In this document: in pieces, positions 29,574-43,421 of the stretch
How positions within the stretch are numbered: the stretch's first letter is position 1
How the letters are laid out: every line of letters begins with the position of its first letter
Source: Octopus vulgaris
Lineage: Eukaryota
Reading direction: 5' to 3'
Assembly (NCBI GenBank): GCA_951406725.2
Contig: OX597814.1
Location: forward strand, 216,070,001-216,134,000
Length of the DNA stretch: 64,000 nucleotides
The notes under the pieces: model-generated
What the model was told of the DNA's origin: nothing
Databases searched by the model: none
What the model saw: the letters and a program-made list of their open reading frames with translations, nothing else
Translations under genes and position numbers: made by a program

Positions 29574-29981
29574 AGGCACAGGTGTGGCTGTGTGGTAAGA
29601 TGGTTGCTTCCCAGCCATATGGTTTTGGGTTCAGTCCCACTGGGTAGCACTTGGAAAAAATGTATTCTACTATAGCCTTGGGTTGACCAAAGCCTTATGA
29701 GTGGATTTGGTAGACGAAGACTGAAAGAAGCCATTTGTCCGTCTGTATGTTACTGTCTCCTTGCTTGTTGTAAACGAGTGTCCCTGTCATACAAGCAGTG
29801 TCCTTCATTTCCAATCTTCCTTAAAACATGTCTGGTCACTGGGAAACATTACCTTACTTGGAAATAGGTGAAGGTTGGCAACAAGAAGGGCATCCAGCTG
29901 CAGAAAAAATCCAACTCATCATCAAATTTTGTCCAACCCATGCAAGCATGGAAAAGCGGACGTTAAAACAGTGATGATGAT
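29574..29981 (+). mobile_element. tRNA-derived SINE with an RTE tail
   Basis: A-box-like tggctgtgtggt, B-box-like gggttcagtccc, and a 3' tail shared with RTE. Confidence 0.75.
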
Positions 29982-30433
29982 CATGGGTCATTAGTTAATG
30001 TTTACTGATCCTTAAATGTAAATGGTATTTCTATTTAGGGATAACTAAAGTGTAAAACATAAGAAACAAAATTTGATTGAGCAGATTTATGATGAAAGAC
30101 AATCCAACCATGACCATTCCAATATCTAGAATGGTAGCTTCTGTTTTGAAGAAGGCAGAGTGTAATGGGAGGGATACTTTCCTGCTATTTCTATCAGCCT
30201 GATCAACTGTGTAAAGGTCTTCAGATCATTAAAAGTGTGTATTTTAAGGTAGAGATGGGAATTTCAACATTTCTCGTCTGGGCTCATTTTTGTATTCTAG
30301 AATATTGTACTTTGGTTAAAGACATGACAATATCAGAGACAAGTTAGTGATGAAGCTACTTAGACAAAAAAAACAAAAACAAACTATTTCACTAAAAATA
30401 CATATAACTACCCAACCATTTCTAAAGATAGAT

Positions 30434-31012
30434 CATCATTGGATATTTAAGTTCTGTTGTCCATGCTGGCATGGGTTGGACGGTTTGACTGGGCTGGCAT
30501 GCTGGAAGGCTGCATCAGACTCCAGTCTTATTTGGTATGGTTTTCTTTGGCTGAATGCCTTTCCTAACGCCAACCACTCTGAGAGTGTAATTGGTCCCTT
30601 TACATGCCATGATGGATCTTCCAAAACATGACATAATACCAAAAATCTTGGTCATTGCCTCTGTGAGGCCCAACACTCGAAAAGAACTCAGCCACTTTGC
30701 CTCCGTGAGGCCCAACATTCAAAAGATGCTCTTTATGTGCCACCAGCTGTGGTGCACTTGGCTTGACGGATCCTCTCAAGCACAGCACATCCCCAAATGT
30801 CTCTTGATTTCAAATTGTGACACAAGGCCAGCAATTTGGAGGGAAGGGTTAGTTGATTGCATCGACCCCAGTATTCAGCTGGTACTTATTTCTTGAACCC
30901 TGAGAAAGGCAAAGTTATTCTCAGCAGAATTTGAACACAAAGCATGAAGACAGATGAAATGCAGCTAAGCATTTTGTCCAGCATGCTAACATTTCGACCA
31001 GCTGGCCACCTT
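30434..31012 (-). mobile_element. RTE 3' end plus an adjacent Nin-type SINE
   Basis: Similar to copies elsewhere in the window. Confidence 0.65.
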
Positions 31013-31648
31013 CTTCGATTTCGATATTTATCGACAGTTATCAAAGCAAGAAGCAGTGTGTTAAATATACTTGCTGCTCTCATTTTCTACCATGGAATAT
31101 CTTCTTGTAAACTAAAGAGAAGATTCCATCACCATGTAGAAGACAACTTCATGATGCAATGGTTCATTTGTAGATGTTCTCCCCGCTCATCCCATCATCA
31201 CAACAACAATCACTATAGTTCTTAATTAATGACTTATATTAGCACCAGGTATACTCAACACAAACACAGCTGTCTCCTCTCTTCTCATAAACCTTACAAT
31301 GTATCTCCTCACCACCACCCCATACTGACCCCTCTTTTTAATGACCACTGTATCCAAACATCAATGATTGGCAATTCTCCAAAACTTGCCTTTTTTTTCC
31401 TGCAGACCATTGACTAATACAACCAGATCAATCTCATCAATGAAGGAGTTTGACCCTCAAAAGGTCAAGGCTGTTGACCCTTTTACCTCACAATATATCG
31501 ACCAATTGCCCTCTCTTCTTCTTCACTGAGCCATTTAAAAAAAACAACAAATTTTGATGTTTTACCTGTTTGTCATTCTTCTACATCATCACAACAAAAT
31601 GTCTATTTTAACAATATCATCATCATCATCATTGTTATCATCGTCGTC

Positions 31649-31679
<31 letters not shown>

Positions 31680-32249
31680 TCACCAACACCTACCACCACC
31701 ACCACCACCACCATCAGCAGCAGCAGCAGCAGCAAGCCAAAACTAGCAAAGGGAGCTTCGAAAGCAAATGGCAAATAAAGTAACTAAACTCTTGTCTCTC
31801 TAAATAAACTCCAGGATCTATTCTACTGTCTTTTCTATCACTGCTATGAGGGCCCCTGTTTCGTCTCTCTGGTTGATTTTATACCATTGCCATTCAGGCT
31901 CTTTGATCCACTCATTGTTCCATCTCATGTCACCTCTTGTATCCAACTCCATCCCCTCAATTATACCAGATTCTTTCTCCTTTGAACACTGGTCCTCTGC
32001 AATCCTTGCCTCATCTCCCTGTTCATCAGTTCAAAACAATACTTTAACAGCATCAACAGGGTGTAAGGCAATGGACAACACACACATGCACACACAGCAG
32101 CATAGAAACACAGGTAGAAAGAAGGTGTGCAGAGAACTGAGATGAGTCAGGGTAAGGATGAAGAATATAAAGACTCCAGAAGATGTTAAGAAATGCAAAG
32201 AAATGAGAATGCAGAATGTTTAACCCCTGAACATTTAAACAGGCCATAT

Positions 32250-32779
32250 CTACTAGCAGGGTGCAAAGAGCACCATACGAGCGTGATCATTGACAGAGCG
32301 GCTAACCGGCATCCGTGCCAGTGGCACATAAAAGGCACCATTCGAGTGTGATCGTTACCAGCATCACCTTACTGGCACTTGCGCCCGTGCTAGTAGGGTG
32401 CCAAGAGCACCATCCGAGTGTGATCGTTGCCAGAGCAGCCAACTGGCTTCTGTGCCAGTGGCACGTAAAAGGGCACCATTCGAGCGTGATCGTTACCAAC
32501 ATCACCTTACTGGCACCTGTGCCGGTGGCATGTATAAAAAAATTTGTGCGAGGTTGCCAGTACTGCCTAACTGGCACCTGTGCCGGTGGCACATAAAAGC
32601 ACCCACTACACTATCGGAGTGGCTGGCATTAGGAAGGGCATCCAGCTGTAGAAACTCTGCCAGATCAAGATTGGAGCCTGGTGCAGCCATCTGGTTTGCC
32701 AGCCTTCAGTCAAAATCGTCCAACCCATACCAGCATGGAAAGCGGACTTTAAACAATGATGATGATGATGATGATGATA
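32250..32779 (+). mobile_element. RTE 3' UTR repeat array and tail
   Basis: Has gtgccagtggcac...caccattcgag units, the shared tail and (GAT)n. Confidence 0.75.
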
Positions 32780-33610
32780 TCTGGCCTCTTACACCAACCA
32801 TACAATATCATTCTAAAAATTAACAATTACCTCGTCAAAATTTCAAAGCTATGAGATAATGCATGATTAATACGAAATGATGTGAATAAATAAGCAGAAA
32901 GCTTGACAGATTAATCTGAATGCTAAAGAGTTAAGGAATGCTCTGAATTATAAAGATGAAAGTGCTAGAAGAAAGAAGAAATGTTTCAGAGTCTGTAGTG
33001 AGAAATGGTAAATAAAATGGAGAGGTGAAACAACAGACAAAAGAAAAAATCACATCAACCGAATATATAATCCTGTGTGGAAAGTCCTTTGTAGAATTTT
33101 ATTGATTTGAACATTTTAGTTTGATGTGTTCAATATTATGAGAGTATCATTACTCAACATATTCGTTTTATATTGAAACTATAATTAAAAGTAAAAGACA
33201 GGCAGACCTGTGCATGTGTTTATCATTGACACAATGACCCTCCCAAGACTCACAAAATATATTTTGTTTTGTAATTAAACTATGTATTTGTTTTATTATT
33301 CTGTAATATGCATTTACATGGTAAAGACGCAGTTTTCTTTCCATTTCGTTTTAGATAGAAATTACATTTGTAACAAGTTCCCTCTATCAATCAAACAAAG
33401 ATGGTAAAATATTCCATTTACTTTCCCTCTTTCCAATGTTTAGAAACTGAAGGAATGGTCAAATACTGGAATCAGTTTCACTGATAAAACATCATCTCTA
33501 ATATTTCTGATTTCCTGCCTGATAACCATCATTCCTGACAAATTTCTTCCTTTCCTGATAAATGTGAGAAACCAAAAGGCAAAATCTGGGAAGAAATAAA
33601 AGATATAAAT

Positions 33611-34017
33611 AGGTGCAGACAGGGCTGTGTGCTAAGAAGTTTGCTTCCCAACAACATGGTTCTGGGTTCAGTCCCACTGCGTGGCACCTTGGGTGAGAAT
33701 CTTCTACTGTAGCCTCAGTTCAACCAAGGCATTGTGAGTGAATTTGGTAGATGGAAACTGAAAAAAGCCCAGTATGTATGTGTGTGTGTGTGTGTTTGTG
33801 TCGTTGTGTCTATTTGTTACCCGCTACTGCTTGATGACTGGTGTCAATGTGTTTATGTTCCTGTAACTTAACAGATCAGCAAAATGGAATGATAAAAGTT
33901 TCTAGGTTTTAAAAATTAAGAACCACTAGGGTCGATTCATTTAACTAAAAAAGATCTTCAAGGTGGTGCCCCAGCATGGCCTGAGTCATTAGACTAAAAC
34001 AATTAAAACACAAAAGA
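33611..34017 (+). mobile_element. tRNA-derived SINE
   Basis: Same head as the copy at 29574 (ttgcttcccaacaacatggttctgggttcagtcccactgcgtggcacc), with a different 3' end. Confidence 0.7.
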
Positions 34018-34089
34018 TATACCAATCCTATTAACAAAACAAAATTCAAGAAATCTTTTTCAAAACAAATTAAACTTGAAGAAACTTAC

Positions 34090-34326
34090 CAATTTCATTT
34101 TGGCAATACACAAGAAAAGTTCCAGCTTTTCTTCCAGGGGAAACATATACAATATCTAATTTTCCTGTCTTTTCCAAAAAATCAATTAACATTTTTTCCG
34201 ACATGTCTTTGGGGCCATTTGACACAATCACTGCATCTTCTTGCCAGACTAGATTTTTATACCAGTCCACATGAAGTTTATATTTGCTTAATTTATGGAC
34301 CTTCCTTTGGACAACATTTTCTGCAT
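34090..34326 (-). CDS. PARP14: PARP14-like coding exon 2 (DAENVVQRKVHKL...AVIVSNGPKDMSEKMLIDFLE...FLVYCQNEI)
   Basis: Acceptor ttttgattttcag and donor TTG|gtaagt bound a 237-nt open phase 1-1 exon with RRM-like sequence. Confidence 0.85.
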
Positions 34327-35012
34327 CTGAAAATCAAAATAGCAGAAGAAATTGAGAATATAATGTCATTATTAATGAGTGGAGGGCATGGTTGTGTTGG
34401 TGTAGAACCAGGTCAGACACTTTCTGGTCATAAACATGTCCAAGTGTCCTACCTTGTTTATGATGTTAGGTGGTACATGAAGAAGATTTAACTGCCTTTT
34501 CTAGCAGATCAAGTCATCACTTAGAGGCCCCTTTGTTCGATAGCTGAAAGGATTATGAGGTTCCCAGTACAATTAACTGGCTCTAGTTCAACAGCACATT
34601 GAGCAAGTATCTTCTACCACAGCCTCAAGATGACCAGAGCCTTGTGACTGATATTTGGAAGAGAGAAACTGTGGCCATCATAGGATGTGTGTGTGTGTGA
34701 TCAGATAAATTTATACACACTTATGTGTATACGCACATACAGTACTTAGAGGAAACAGTAGTCATTCACAAAGACAATTGCCAATAAAAAGCTTTATCCT
34801 GAGCAGACCAATATGTAAGCCTATTTTCCAAATAAAGAGTAGAATATTTGAATATCAGAATATGTCAAAACATTTAATGAAGTGCACTGCAAAATTTCAA
34901 TTAAAATTAGTCCCTTAATGAAAAGAGAGACTCATTATCTTCGTGACAGACCCATGCCAAGAAACGAGAGGAACATAACCTTGAAATTTAAATTTTTATA
35001 AATAAAAAAAAA

Positions 35013-35049
<37 letters not shown>

Positions 35050-35161
35050 CTGAAGATTTCTGAATGACATACTAGTCTGTAAATCCTTCATATAATAAAT
35101 TAATTTTACTCTGCTATGTATTAGTCTTACTACTGTGTTAACCCCGAATCAACCCGGGACC

Positions 35162-35207
<46 letters not shown>

Positions 35208-35318
35208 CTGCTCACTTAGCCAGCGGGGTGGCGTCATTTGAAGGCTAAAACAATGCGAAGCGCATTGTGACCACCGATTTGTAGCAGCATCTGATAGCCT
35301 GGTCGGTCACGTGATCAG

Positions 35319-35364
<46 letters not shown>

Positions 35365-36038
35365 ATTTGATATTCCTTCAGGTTAAGGTGAAGGAATGAA
35401 TTTAGCAGCAGAGAGACAACTCCAAGCACGTTTCAGTTTTGAGACCTCTTCGTTATAAAAGCCTACCCATGACTGCCAGATTGTTGATGACTAAAGAATT
35501 TTAATGAGCGGATACAGAATGGTGTGACAACTTGGAATAGAACACTGCTCTACAGTTTCTCTATTGTACCTCCTTGATCACACTTTAGCCTTTCAATACC
35601 TAGCATAACCCCTACATAACCCTTTCGGTTCCTCACTCCATTTAGTAGAAGGAGTGTTTTTCCTTTTTTTTTTTTCCTGTCTTGGACATTACTTGGCAAC
35701 CTCACTAGTAATGATGGCAGGAAAATTGCCCCCAGTCCACTCTGTAAAGTGGTTGGCATTAGGAAGGGCACTGAGCAATAGAAACCATGCCAAAGCTGAC
35801 CCCAGAGGTCAATGCTGCTCACCAGATCCTGTCAAACTATTCAATGCAAGCAAATATGGAAAATGAATGTTAAATGACGATGATGATGATTTTTAACATT
35901 GCTTTATATTAATCTAATGTGTTCACAGTAATTACGTGCAAATTGTCCAACCTATGCAAGCATGGACAACAGATATTAGATGATGACAATGATGATGTCT
36001 GTAAATGATTTCATGAAATAAAGAATATTTCTTCTAAC

Positions 36039-36219
36039 CTTTTTCCGATTCAAAAGTGATAATAACTTCCTCAGAATCTTGGATCCGTTCTGGCTTTCCT
36101 TTAATAGGTCCTCCACTTGATCTACTCTTGTTCTCAAAATAAGACTGAATGGCTTCCAAACGGAAATCAGTTGGGATTCCTGACACCAATATCGTTCTGC
36201 CCTCATCTTCTCCTTCCAT
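36039..36219 (-). CDS. PARP14: PARP14-like coding exon 1, first RRM-like domain (MEGEDEGRTILVSGIP...YFENKSRSSGG...VIITFESEK)
   Basis: Acceptor ttttattttgcag ends at 36237. The ATG at 36219 has a good context (agtATGg). Donor is AAG|gttaga. YFENK-R-SGG is typical of the PARP14/PARP10/NMI-type RRM-like repeat. Confidence 0.85.
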
Positions 36220-37679
36220 ACTCGTGGCAGATATTCCTGCAAAATAAAACCAAGATTTAATGCTAGATAAATACAAGTTATTCACCATCCATGTAACAAT
36301 ATAATGCTATCCACATCATAAACATCCACTTTACATGCCTGATGTAAACCTGAAATACATATAGCCTTCAAACAGTCCAGATATGCTACAAATAACAGCC
36401 AAAGTTTTTCAAAAGTTCTCCCATTTTTAAAATAGACGAATACATTTGCTAAAATCGTCTTGTCTTGAGAATATCTGCAAAGAAGTTATGGCATTCCTGA
36501 TTGAACAATGCTAATTTCACTCACAGAAACCAGAGTTCTAACATATGTCCATGAAATCTGAAAGTCACACCTCTGAACGAATCCAGCTTTAAAATCTTTA
36601 AAAAGATGTTTTGCAATTAAACAGCCACACAAATGCCATTTAGTATGACAAACTTCATCTAAATACACATTTTCCAAACAATTCTTTCTTCTATAGGCAC
36701 AAGGCTTGAAACTTTGGGGGAGAGTTAATCAATTAGATAAACCCTAGTGTATAACTGGTACTTACTTTATTGACCCTGAGGAGATGAAAGGTGAAATTGA
36801 CCTCAGTGGAATTAGAACCCAGAACATAAAGATGGATGAAATGTCACTGAGCATTTTGTCCACATTTTCCAAACAATGACAATGACCACAACAACAATAA
36901 CAACCAAAAGTACCAATCTGATAAGCCTGATTAATGCCACAACATCATATAGAATACATTCAACAAAAGAACACCCCAACCATTCACCCACCAAACTAAA
37001 CCAGGTGAACCTAATTTATAAATACTGCTTTGTGTTGGGCCCTCAATTCCTTGATAGGGTTGTATGGGGCACTATGGTCAGAAATGGCATGTCTTGGGTA
37101 TTTTTAGACCCGGAGGGACCAGGAGATGTGGTGATTTGCTGTACTTGAAAAATCATGTGAAGCTAAGTAAAATCGCTGCCTTCCATACATACAGGCTTGT
37201 CCTTTCAGGGGTGGGTGCCACATAAAAACACTCCCACGCTGGGGTTGTGTCAACACACCCTTGCCAGTGGCATGTAAAATGCACCCAGCACATTCTGTTA
37301 AGTGGTTGGCATTAGGAAGGACATCTAGCTGTAGATACCATGCCACAACAGACAACTGGAGCCTGGCCAGCTCCATTTCAAACAATCCAACCTATGCCAT
37401 CATGGAAAGAGGACATTAAACAATGAGGAGGATGATGTCAAGGCCATCCTTCTGCAAGAATGACCAAAACTGATTTCTTCTAAAAAGAGGGAGAGAGAAA
37501 CAGAAAGAAAAAGTGAGAGGCTGAGAAGAATTGACCCGAGTACTTTGTTTATTGACTCCAAAGTGATCAAAGACAAAATTGATTTCAGCATCGCAAAGAG
37601 TCAGAAGGATTGCCACAAATCAACCTATCTGGTGCTCTACAGACTCTGTGACTTGACCACCTCATAAACATTACAGAAA

Positions 37680-38725
37680 TCACCTAAAAACAAGTTTATG
37701 TTGCACATTGTGCTGCAGCTCATACAGTAGTAGTAGAGGAAGCATTTCTTGTTCGGCGTGCTGAACATTGCTCATTGCTCTGGACGGCTCGTTGTGCTAA
37801 CCATTCACAACGCCGCTCCTCACTTTCCCTTCTTCGCACTGAAGCCATCCTAAGTGCATTGAGAGAGTTCCTCCTGGCGGCGTCTTCAGCAGATTCATTT
37901 GCATGCATGCGTTTACTTTTCTTTGCAGCATTTGTTTGCCCACCTATATTGGAACTTTTGCGTCGAGGTATGGTGGAAAATTATCAGTTTATACAACAGA
38001 AAAAGTCCTAAGGAAAATTCGGTGAATGTATAGCACCCAAAAAATTGTAACCTGTAGTTTGTAAAAATGTTTTTCAAGCAGATCGAATTGATTTTGGGTA
38101 AGAGTTTTGAAGTGGCTAGTTTAAATTGGAATAATTATATGGAAAAAAGCACTCATATGAAAACAGAGGCAAATCGTAGCTTGCAAATGAAGATTGCTGG
38201 CAGTACTGTGCAAGCAGTCGATAAGAGCTTGCCACAGCTGACAAAGTATTGATTTTTTCCAGTTGGGCATGTCACGTTTTTTCACTGGCTCAAGCCAAAT
38301 CCTAGGCGAATTGAGAGTAATCTATTTATGCTGGGAGTGCAGAATTTTGAGGAAAAAATTATATGAAAAAGCGTCCCAAGTCAAAGAGAGGACACATGTC
38401 AAATTTGGTGAAATTCGGTTGAAAATTGTAGGAGTAGAAGTGGTTCACACAACATACACACAGAAACAGACAGCCAACTTGCCTTTTAATATATAAGATT
38501 AAACACATACCATTGCATAGATGTGGTGGGTTCAAATCCTAGGTGAATTGAGAGTAGTCTATTTATGTTGGGGGTGTGGAATTTCAAGGAAAAAATCATA
38601 AGAAAAAGTGTCCTAAGTCAAAGAGAGTACACATGTCAAATCTAGTGAAATTCAGTTGAAAATTGTAGGAGTAGAAGTGGTTCACACAACAGACAGACAG
38701 ACAACTTGCCTTTTAATATATAAGA
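37680..38725 (-). mobile_element. Helitron 5' portion with a duplicated 5' terminus and an STPR-like ORF start
   Basis: Two A|TCTTATATATTAAAAGG termini lie at 38498 and 38725. The ORF relic reads PRRKSSNIGGQTNAAKKSKRMHANESAEDAARRNSLNALRMASVRRRESEERR. Confidence 0.65.
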
Positions 38726-40119
38726 TAGAAGAAAATGAAGTAGATTATTATGTGTCCAACCCTTGGTTTTGAACCACATTATACGACAATGGTGATTGGT
38801 CAATGGCTTCGTTGGGGTTGTGGTACTCCTGTCACAATGCCAGTCACCATGACTCCAGCTAAAATGTGGAAAGCAAGGAAACCAAACCTGTTGCTGTTTT
38901 TTTTCACTTTGTGTTTTAACAGACTAATGTGCAACTTTTGGGTTACAACTGGCCAATCAACAAGGCTCAGCAAATTCTCAACAAGCTATTCTTTGGTGCC
39001 TTACCAATGCATTACATAAAGAACCCTCAAAGTTGAATTTAATCAGAAAGGAATAAGTTGCCTTAGCAACAGGATGGTTTACCAATCTATATATATCTAT
39101 AATATAAATTGGACATGGGCGATCGTTGTATTCTTTCTTGTCTTGAGGTTCACAACCAAACGGCTGAATGAATTTGTGTGAAAAATGGCACACATGTGGA
39201 GATGGGTGCATAGAGTGGAATGCAGTTTGTATTTTTTCCTAGCCCCCCCCCCCCCCTCTACATACTGAGAAAATCGATTAAAACTTTATCTAATGGAATT
39301 CCCCTCTTTCTTCCGCCATTAAAACAACCAGTTGCTTAGAAGCTGTTTTTTGACGGGATGAAGTCAAACTCACCCCAAGCTACTTTTTTTCCAGAAAAGA
39401 AAGGTGGGAGGGATGGTAGAGACCTTGAAGTTTCCCACAAAGGGAGTTTTGTTTCGCGAGCCCTTTTTTTTCTTTTCCAAATTATTTTGCATGCTTTCAA
39501 TGAATGTGACATTGAAATCATGCATAAACGGCTCCTTTTTCCAGAAAAGATTTGGCTGTTATTTCTAGCATGCCCTACTACCACATAACAATTATTTCCA
39601 TTGACACCGAAATATTTACCAGCGTTTTCCCTTCCATTTATTTTTTCCACTTTATGGAAGTCAATATTTTCTATGTTGACATCCTCCTCAGTTATTTGTG
39701 CTTTTCACCCAGTTCTCTACTTTCTAGAAGAAAAGCCCTTACATTATCTCAAAGCTATGAGAATTCACAACGGGTTTTGGCCATTTTAAACACTAAAGGG
39801 TTAAAAGTGCCAAAACTATAAAATCAGCCTTTTTGAGGGCTTTAGAACCCAAAAACTATATAGTTTTTTGTTTTTTTGGGTTTTTTTTGCTTAAGAGTTA
39901 AAAATCCTGATTTTATAGTTTTAAATTTCAAAGGGCCTAAAAAAAGGCTGATTTCATAGTTTTGGCCCTTTTTAAGGTTTTTAAAGGGTTTTAGAGCCAG
40001 AAAAGGTAAAAAATAAAACTCAAATGAAACATAATATTAGTATTAAACTAAAAGAAGTTTACTGATAAGGTGATCATAAAAAAACTTTCTTTAAAAATTG
40101 GAAAACATGATATATGCAT

Positions 40120-40536
40120 GATTCAACTTTTCCTCTTCTCCACTATTTTGTTGATGATATAAATGTTGCCCTTCTTGAAAATTAGCAAACTAAAATTTTC
40201 ATCAGACAAGGATGATCTCTTGACACTCAAGATGTCTTTGTCTATGGAAAATAAACGTTCGACTGCAGCACTGGAAGGGACGGATGTGTTGTACTTGACA
40301 AACAAGTCCACCAACACTTGCTCACTGAATGACGCGTACAATATTAAATATGATAAGACAATCATTAAACAATAGAAACGTTTACTGGTTTTATTGAAAT
40401 TTTGGGGTTAGTGGAAGCTAAATGTAACGGAAGTTAATTAGTTCGGTAATGATTTTTAAAGTTAACTTAAAAGTTAAATCGTTAACCAAAATATTAACTT
40501 TGTTAATTAACGATTAACGGACTTATGCCCAGCTCT

Positions 40537-40537
<1 letters not shown>
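40120..40537 (-). mobile_element. Internally deleted hAT element (dimerisation-domain relic plus one terminus)
   Basis: LFVKYNTSVPSSAAVERLFS...KRSSLSDENF. The terminus CAGAGCTGGGCA is at 40537. Confidence 0.7.
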
Positions 40538-40578
<41 letters not shown>

Positions 40579-41479
40579 AAAGAAATAATATCTCAGTTCT
40601 TAGCAACAAGTTGATTTCAACGTATTTTCGCAAGACTGATCTCTGAGTTAGTCAGTTTTTTAGGACAGAGGTAAGAACTTTTCCATATCTTCTATAACTG
40701 GTATTTTATCATATGTTCTATTTTATCATATGTTTTGTCTTCTACACATGAGAATTCAAATGATTATGAAAAAAATTGTGTGTGATTTAAGGTTGATTTA
40801 GCTGATACAATCTTTGTCTCTTTGTCACTGGCATGTATTAATATTTTGCAATATTTTTCTCCCCATAAACACGTTTAGTGGAATGATGATGCACCCAAGG
40901 GTGGATTTGAGTCAAAAATTCGGACTATCAATATTTTAAAATTCCGATTTAAAAGAAAATACAACAGAAAGTAGAAATGAAGGTAGCAGGTGCTTGTGGT
41001 TTTTATTTTTTGGAAAAGTTTTGTGAATTTGTGTTCTATGCACTGGAATTCATATACTTATTGCAAAAAAAAAAGGGAAAAAAAAAATAATTCTTATTTT
41101 AAACCACATAAATCCTAAAAATTTCCTACTTCTTTTCAATTTTTTTTTAAAAATCAGAGTTTAAAATACAGAAACTCAGAACGTTTTGCTTAAATTCCAG
41201 CAGTGGACCATTCTTGAAGAATATCAATACATTATAGTAACAAAGAAATAAAGAAGAAATCAGGTGGCTGTGCGATGTGCTAAAAACAACAGCTAAATTG
41301 CCTAAATCCCATACAAAAATTTTATTTGCCTAATCTTTTGAATTTCCATGTGTAGAAGAAAAATTTTCTGAAAATTAAAAAAAATAGTAAAGTTACGAGG
41401 GGTTATACAGGGTGCTTTAATAAAAATTCTGCTTCTCCGACTGAGAGGAAATGCTGACCATATTCCATTGAATATCTGT

Positions 41480-43421
41480 CTTGTGGCTGTATCAGCACAG
41501 AATGAAGGGAAAACAATGTCTCAGCCAAGCCAGCTCAGAATTCCTTCAGAGACCAAGTTCAAAGACAACTAAAACAATCCAGTTGAATATTTTAGAAAAC
41601 TGCGCAATGAATTCCAAGCAAGGAAAATGGAGAATAAGTTATTTAGTAATCAACTTTGTCAAAATCATAATGGTTGACTGGAATCCTATGAAATTTCTAA
41701 AATGATAGCAAAGATTGGGAAACCCCATAATATTGGTGAAACTAATTTTGCCAGTGGTATCTGTCATAGTGTCATCATTTATGAAACAAAATGCTACTGA
41801 GATTACTTGTAAGATTCCTTTAAGCAACTCATCAGTGTCACGGTGCGTCGATGAAATGGCTAAGATGGAGAGAAGCAACCTGTAGCCAAACTGCAAGTAA
41901 AGAAATTTCTTCTTCAACCTGATGAATCTACCCTGAGAGACAGTAAAGCTATAGTATTGGCATATAATCGGTTTTTTTTGGTGGTGGTGGTGGTGGTGGT
42001 GGGGTGTAATGAATTCAGAGAGGAAATTCATTTTACCAAACATCTTAAAACAGATACTAAAGGCAAAACAAATTTTCAAAGGCTCTATAACTTATTTCGA
42101 GGAACATAATATTCCCCTGGGAAATGTGAGAGTTTGTGCTAATGACTGTGCTCCGCCCATGATTGGCAGATACAGAGATTTTGTTGCCTGTTGAATAAAT
42201 GCTGAATTTTCTATACACTGTGTGATAACACCAGTAACACCTACTTGTGAAACAATCAAGAGCACATCTGCACGATCCCCTTAATATTGTAATATTATTT
42301 ACAAGATTGCATATTTCATGAATTCTGTAATCAAAATGGAGAAATTGAATGCTTTGTAATTCACACGAACATGATATGGTTATCAAACTGTCTGCGTCAT
42401 TTTTTTTTTGTACTTTGGTATATTATTGTCTCATTCCTGGCTAACAACAATCGCAGCCAACAAATGATTCCAGCTAAAAGTACAACTGCACTTTCACTCC
42501 ACGAATGGTTGCAGCTAAATGCGATATATTTTATTTATCAGAAAAATTTGATAAAATATATCTGACAAACAGCTTCAAGAAGACTTTGACCTCATATCCT
42601 CCAAAGGAGCGATTGCTGCTTTTCTGGGGAAAGTACAGCTCTAGGAAATAAATATTGTATGCTGTGTATTATTAGAATTTCCCTGTTTGGAATCAATTAA
42701 CAGTAATCTGCACAAGGACGACCTTGTTTACTGAACATTTGAAAAACTTGCATAATGATATGCAAGGTCAGTTTAATGACCTGCTGCAGTTAAATATACC
42801 GTGTTGGGTGACATTTCATGTTGCTGATGTAGATATCTATTTGCAGGAGAATCTCATTGAATTGCAGAACGATGAAATATTTCAAGCAAGATTTAAAGAT
42901 GGAGAACGTAATGTATGGTAAAAAAAATGACACTGCTACAAAGTATCCATTATTCTGGTGGGGGAGTGCAGTTGTACTTTACTACTTTTCCTTTATCTTA
43001 CCTTGTTGAATCTGGTTTCAGCCATGTCGCTAATTTACTGTGAACAGCTCATAATTGAATCGACGTTGTAGAAAAAGGTGATCTTCAATTATCATTGACA
43101 ACATAAGAGCAGAACAATTTAAAACTAGCAAAGCAGCACCAACCACCAGACTTGCATTAAAGAAATTAACACTAAAGTACTACCTTATGTAAATAAATAT
43201 ATACATGTATATTTATTTTACTTGGAAACATTCATTTTCCGTAGAATTTAGTTGTTAAGAAATTGGTTATAGGTCCATAGTACACAAGATATTTTAACGA
43301 CTTTTATACAAGTCCTAATTTGACTTTTTTAAACATCGAATGGGTATGGGGGAGGGTCCCAATGAGTAAAATAGGAATCAAAGGGGTTCTCAGGTAAAAA
43401 AAAAAATGGTTGAGAACACCT
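41480..43421 (+). mobile_element. Degraded hAT (Buster/Charlie, SCAND3/ZBED5-like) transposase and 3' TIR
   Basis: Relics include KPHNIGE, IPLSNSSVSRCVDEMA, DESTLRDS, ANDCAPPMIG, HCV and SYLVESGFS. The TIR ggttgagaacacctg ends at about 43421. Confidence 0.8.

Noticed and set aside
31589-31778. Poly-D/poly-S ORFs
   Set aside because: These come from a compound trinucleotide microsatellite.
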